A DNA stretch of 25,256 nt, from positions 1 to 25,256 of the IMG/VR virus record IMGVR_UViG_3300020442_000208. One strand, 5' to 3'. Below are positions 23,401 through 25,256 of this stretch, in pieces; position 1 is the stretch's first letter, and the number at the start of each line of letters is the position of its first letter. The notes beneath the pieces are model-generated. The model was not told the origin of the DNA and did no database searches. It saw nothing but the letters and a program-made list of their open reading frames with translations. The position numbers and the translations under genes are program-made. The stretch comes from a virus. Taxonomy: Duplodnaviria > Caudoviricetes.

Positions 23401-24363
23401 ATGTCATTGTTAGATTTTAGTAAAACATATAAACCATTCCTCTACCCGTGGGCGGTAGAACTTGCAAAGAAACACGAAGAAATCCATTGGATCGAAGATG
23501 AAGCAGAGTTGTCTGAGGACGTACAGGATTGGAAGACTAAACTAACGGATCAAGAAAAAGAATTCATCACACACATTCTTCGACTATTCACTCAATCAGA
23601 TGTACAGGTAGGAGAGAACTACCACGAGTTGTTAATCCCTCGTTTTAAAAACAACGAGGTGAGAAATATGTTATCTTCATTTGCGGGTAGAGAAGCAGTA
23701 CACCAACGTGCATATGCATTGTTGAATGATACTCTAGGTTTACCAGATGAAGAATATCACGCCTTCTTAGAATACAAAGAGATGGCAGATAAGGTAGACT
23801 TTATGAAAGAAGGGGACATCTCTTCTCATACAGGTCTCGCACTATCACTTGCACAATCAGTATTCAATGAAGGTCTGGCAGTGTTTGCCTCTTTTGTTAT
23901 GTTACTAAACTTCCAAAGGTTTGGTAAGATGAAAGGAATGGGTACGATTGTTGAGTGGTCTATTAGAGATGAGACTTTACACGTACAGGGTAACGCAAAG
24001 TTATTCAGAACATTCTGTGAAGAACATCCACGTATTGTAAACGATGAATTGAAATCTAAGATATATGTTATGGCACGTAATGCTGTAAAACTAGAAGACA
24101 AATTTATCGATCTTGCATTCAAGGGTAATAATGTTCAAGGTCTTACTAAGGAAGAAGTCCGTGCGTATATCAGACATATCGCAGATCGTAGACTTCTACA
24201 ACTTGGTATGAAAACAAAATTCAAACAAAAAGACAATCCATTGCCTTGGTTAGATTGGGTTCTAAATGGCGCATCTCACGACAATTTCTTTGAGAAGAGA
24301 GTCACTGAATATTCTGTTAATGGAATGGAAGGTGATTGGGGTTGGGATGAGGTCGCTGCTTAG
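23401..24363 (+). CDS. nrdB: Ribonucleotide reductase class Ia beta subunit
   Basis: FTQSD, EAVHQRAY (radical Tyr), EGLAVFASF, RDETLH, NFFEKRVTEY. SD AGGAG. Confidence 0.97.
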   Translation: MSLLDFSKTYKPFLYPWAVELAKKHEEIHWIEDEAELSEDVQDWKTKLTDQEKEFITHILRLFTQSDVQVGENYHELLIPRFKNNEVRNMLSSFAGREAVHQRAYALLNDTLGLPDEEYHAFLEYKEMADKVDFMKEGDISSHTGLALSLAQSVFNEGLAVFASFVMLLNFQRFGKMKGMGTIVEWSIRDETLHVQGNAKLFRTFCEEHPRIVNDELKSKIYVMARNAVKLEDKFIDLAFKGNNVQGLTKEEVRAYIRHIADRRLLQLGMKTKFKQKDNPLPWLDWVLNGASHDNFFEKRVTEYSVNGMEGDWGWDEVAA

Positions 24364-24512
24364 TGCCTGAGAATAGTAAATACGAAGTATTATGTGGTAT
24401 CTGTGGTATTGAATCCATAGTCGAAGTTCTTGACTATGATGATGCCCCTTCGTGTTGTCCTATGTGTGGAAATGATGTAATAGAGGTGACTGAATTAGAT
24501 GGCGAGGATTGA
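24363..24512 (+). CDS. Small acidic zinc-ribbon/rubredoxin-like protein (49 aa)
   Basis: Read manually. GTG overlapping the nrdB stop; CGIC-x17-CPMCG. Missed by the ORF track. Confidence 0.7.
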   Translation: MPENSKYEVLCGICGIESIVEVLDYDDAPSCCPMCGNDVIEVTELDGED

Positions 24513-24705
24513 ACATCAATTATCATTAAACTTAGATAAACCCAGAGACGCAACACCCGAAGAAGTTCAAGAGTGGTGGGATACTGAATTAAAAAAACAG
24601 GGAGACTCCGCACTTAAGTGGGTAGTCTTTGCAACTATAACCCAACTATTATCACTCGGATTTATGGGATTGATGATGTTAATAATACAGACGATTGTGA
24701 AATGA
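24499..24705 (+). CDS. Small membrane protein
   Basis: SD GAGGTG; C-terminal hydrophobic segment. Confidence 0.65.
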   Translation: MARIEHQLSLNLDKPRDATPEEVQEWWDTELKKQGDSALKWVVFATITQLLSLGFMGLMMLIIQTIVK

Positions 24706-25013
24706 AAGATTTGAAAAGAAAATTTGTAGCATTCTGGATATTCGTAATTTTCTTCTGGATGTGGCCCTATAGGTTATTCACTACAAAGAACAATTGTTAT
24801 TTCTGGACACTAGAGAAACTAATTACTGAGGGTGGTTCTGTTAAGTGGTATAAAAGTGCAATATGGTTTGGATATCACTGCACTTGGGTATCACCCGAAG
24901 GTGAAGAGTGGGAGTACACACTACCTAAAATGAGAAGAACCTCATTGTGGAAAGTTATGTGGTACGATGGTGTAGAACGTAGATTCACCAGTAGGAACAA
25001 CCACTTCTTGTAA
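24702..25013 (+). CDS. Hypothetical aromatic-rich protein with N-terminal TM segment
   Basis: ATGA coupling at 24702; FVAFWIFVIFFWMW; NNCYFW. Confidence 0.65.
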   Translation: MKDLKRKFVAFWIFVIFFWMWPYRLFTTKNNCYFWTLEKLITEGGSVKWYKSAIWFGYHCTWVSPEGEEWEYTLPKMRRTSLWKVMWYDGVERRFTSRNNHFL

Positions 25014-25027
25014 GTATAGATAGTTGT

Positions 25028-25256
25028 ATGGATTGGACATACAACGATAAACCATTTAACCCCACACCCGAAGTTATCGAAGACTATCAGGGATTTGTGT
25101 ATGAGTTAGAAGAGATATCTACTGGTAAGAAGTATATCGGTAAGAAGTTCTTTTGGTCTAAACGCAGATTACCACCACTCAAGGGTAAAACTCGTAAGAG
25201 GATCGTAAAGAAGGAATCTGACTGGAGAGACTACTACGGTTCGTCCGAAGAGGTAA
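25028..25256 (+). CDS. GIY-YIG family endonuclease (3' partial)
   Basis: Read manually: MDWTYND...GFVYELEEISTGKKYIGKKFFW...ESDWRDYYGSS. Runs off the window end. Confidence 0.85.
   Translation, partial: MDWTYNDKPFNPTPEVIEDYQGFVYELEEISTGKKYIGKKFFWSKRRLPPLKGKTRKRIVKKESDWRDYYGSSEEV

Noticed and set aside
21374-24363. Introns or inteins in nrdA/nrdB (common in T4-like phages)
   Set aside because: Both frames are continuous with normally spaced motifs; the only extra segment is the Grx domain.
1-25256. CRISPR array, tRNA, rRNA or IS element
   Set aside because: No regularly spaced repeats, cloverleaf/T-loop structure or transposase seen by eye. The Cas4-like exonuclease is a common solo phage gene.

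Overview
25 kb segment of a large, AT-rich T4-like myovirus genome, probably aquatic or marine. The host is not identifiable from this window. All credible genes are on the + strand. The phage assignment rests on T4-type late promoters (TATAAATA), sigma70-type early promoters, nrdA/nrdB, a gp30.3-like gene, a GIY-YIG nuclease and T4 internal-protein-like N-termini. Layout: (1) 1-6.7 kb, accessory/auxiliary metabolic genes: carbamoyltransferase, fatty-acid desaturase, DUF932, APS-kinase-like + HIGH-type nucleotidyltransferase + DUF2061, 2OG-Fe(II) oxygenase and glutaredoxin. (2) 6.7-9.2 kb, a structured intergenic element and an early operon with two HExxH proteins and a PD-(D/E)xK exonuclease. 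(3) 9.2-21.3 kb, a late cassette in which many proteins begin with a capsid-targeting-like motif (MKxFxE/D/Q-F/Y..E). These include a restriction-endonuclease-like protein, a KxDG ligase-like protein, a cytidyltransferase-like protein and modular Lys/Glu-rich polyproteins. (4) 21.3-25.3 kb, class Ia ribonucleotide reductase, with a glutaredoxin domain inserted in NrdA before the C-terminal CxxC tail. The strongest novel signal is a +1-frame overprinted, Ser/Lys-rich basic gene (11589-11891) inside the ligase-like gene. It has its own Shine-Dalgarno site and a sharp codon-usage footprint. Family names are from motif recognition only; no database search was run.
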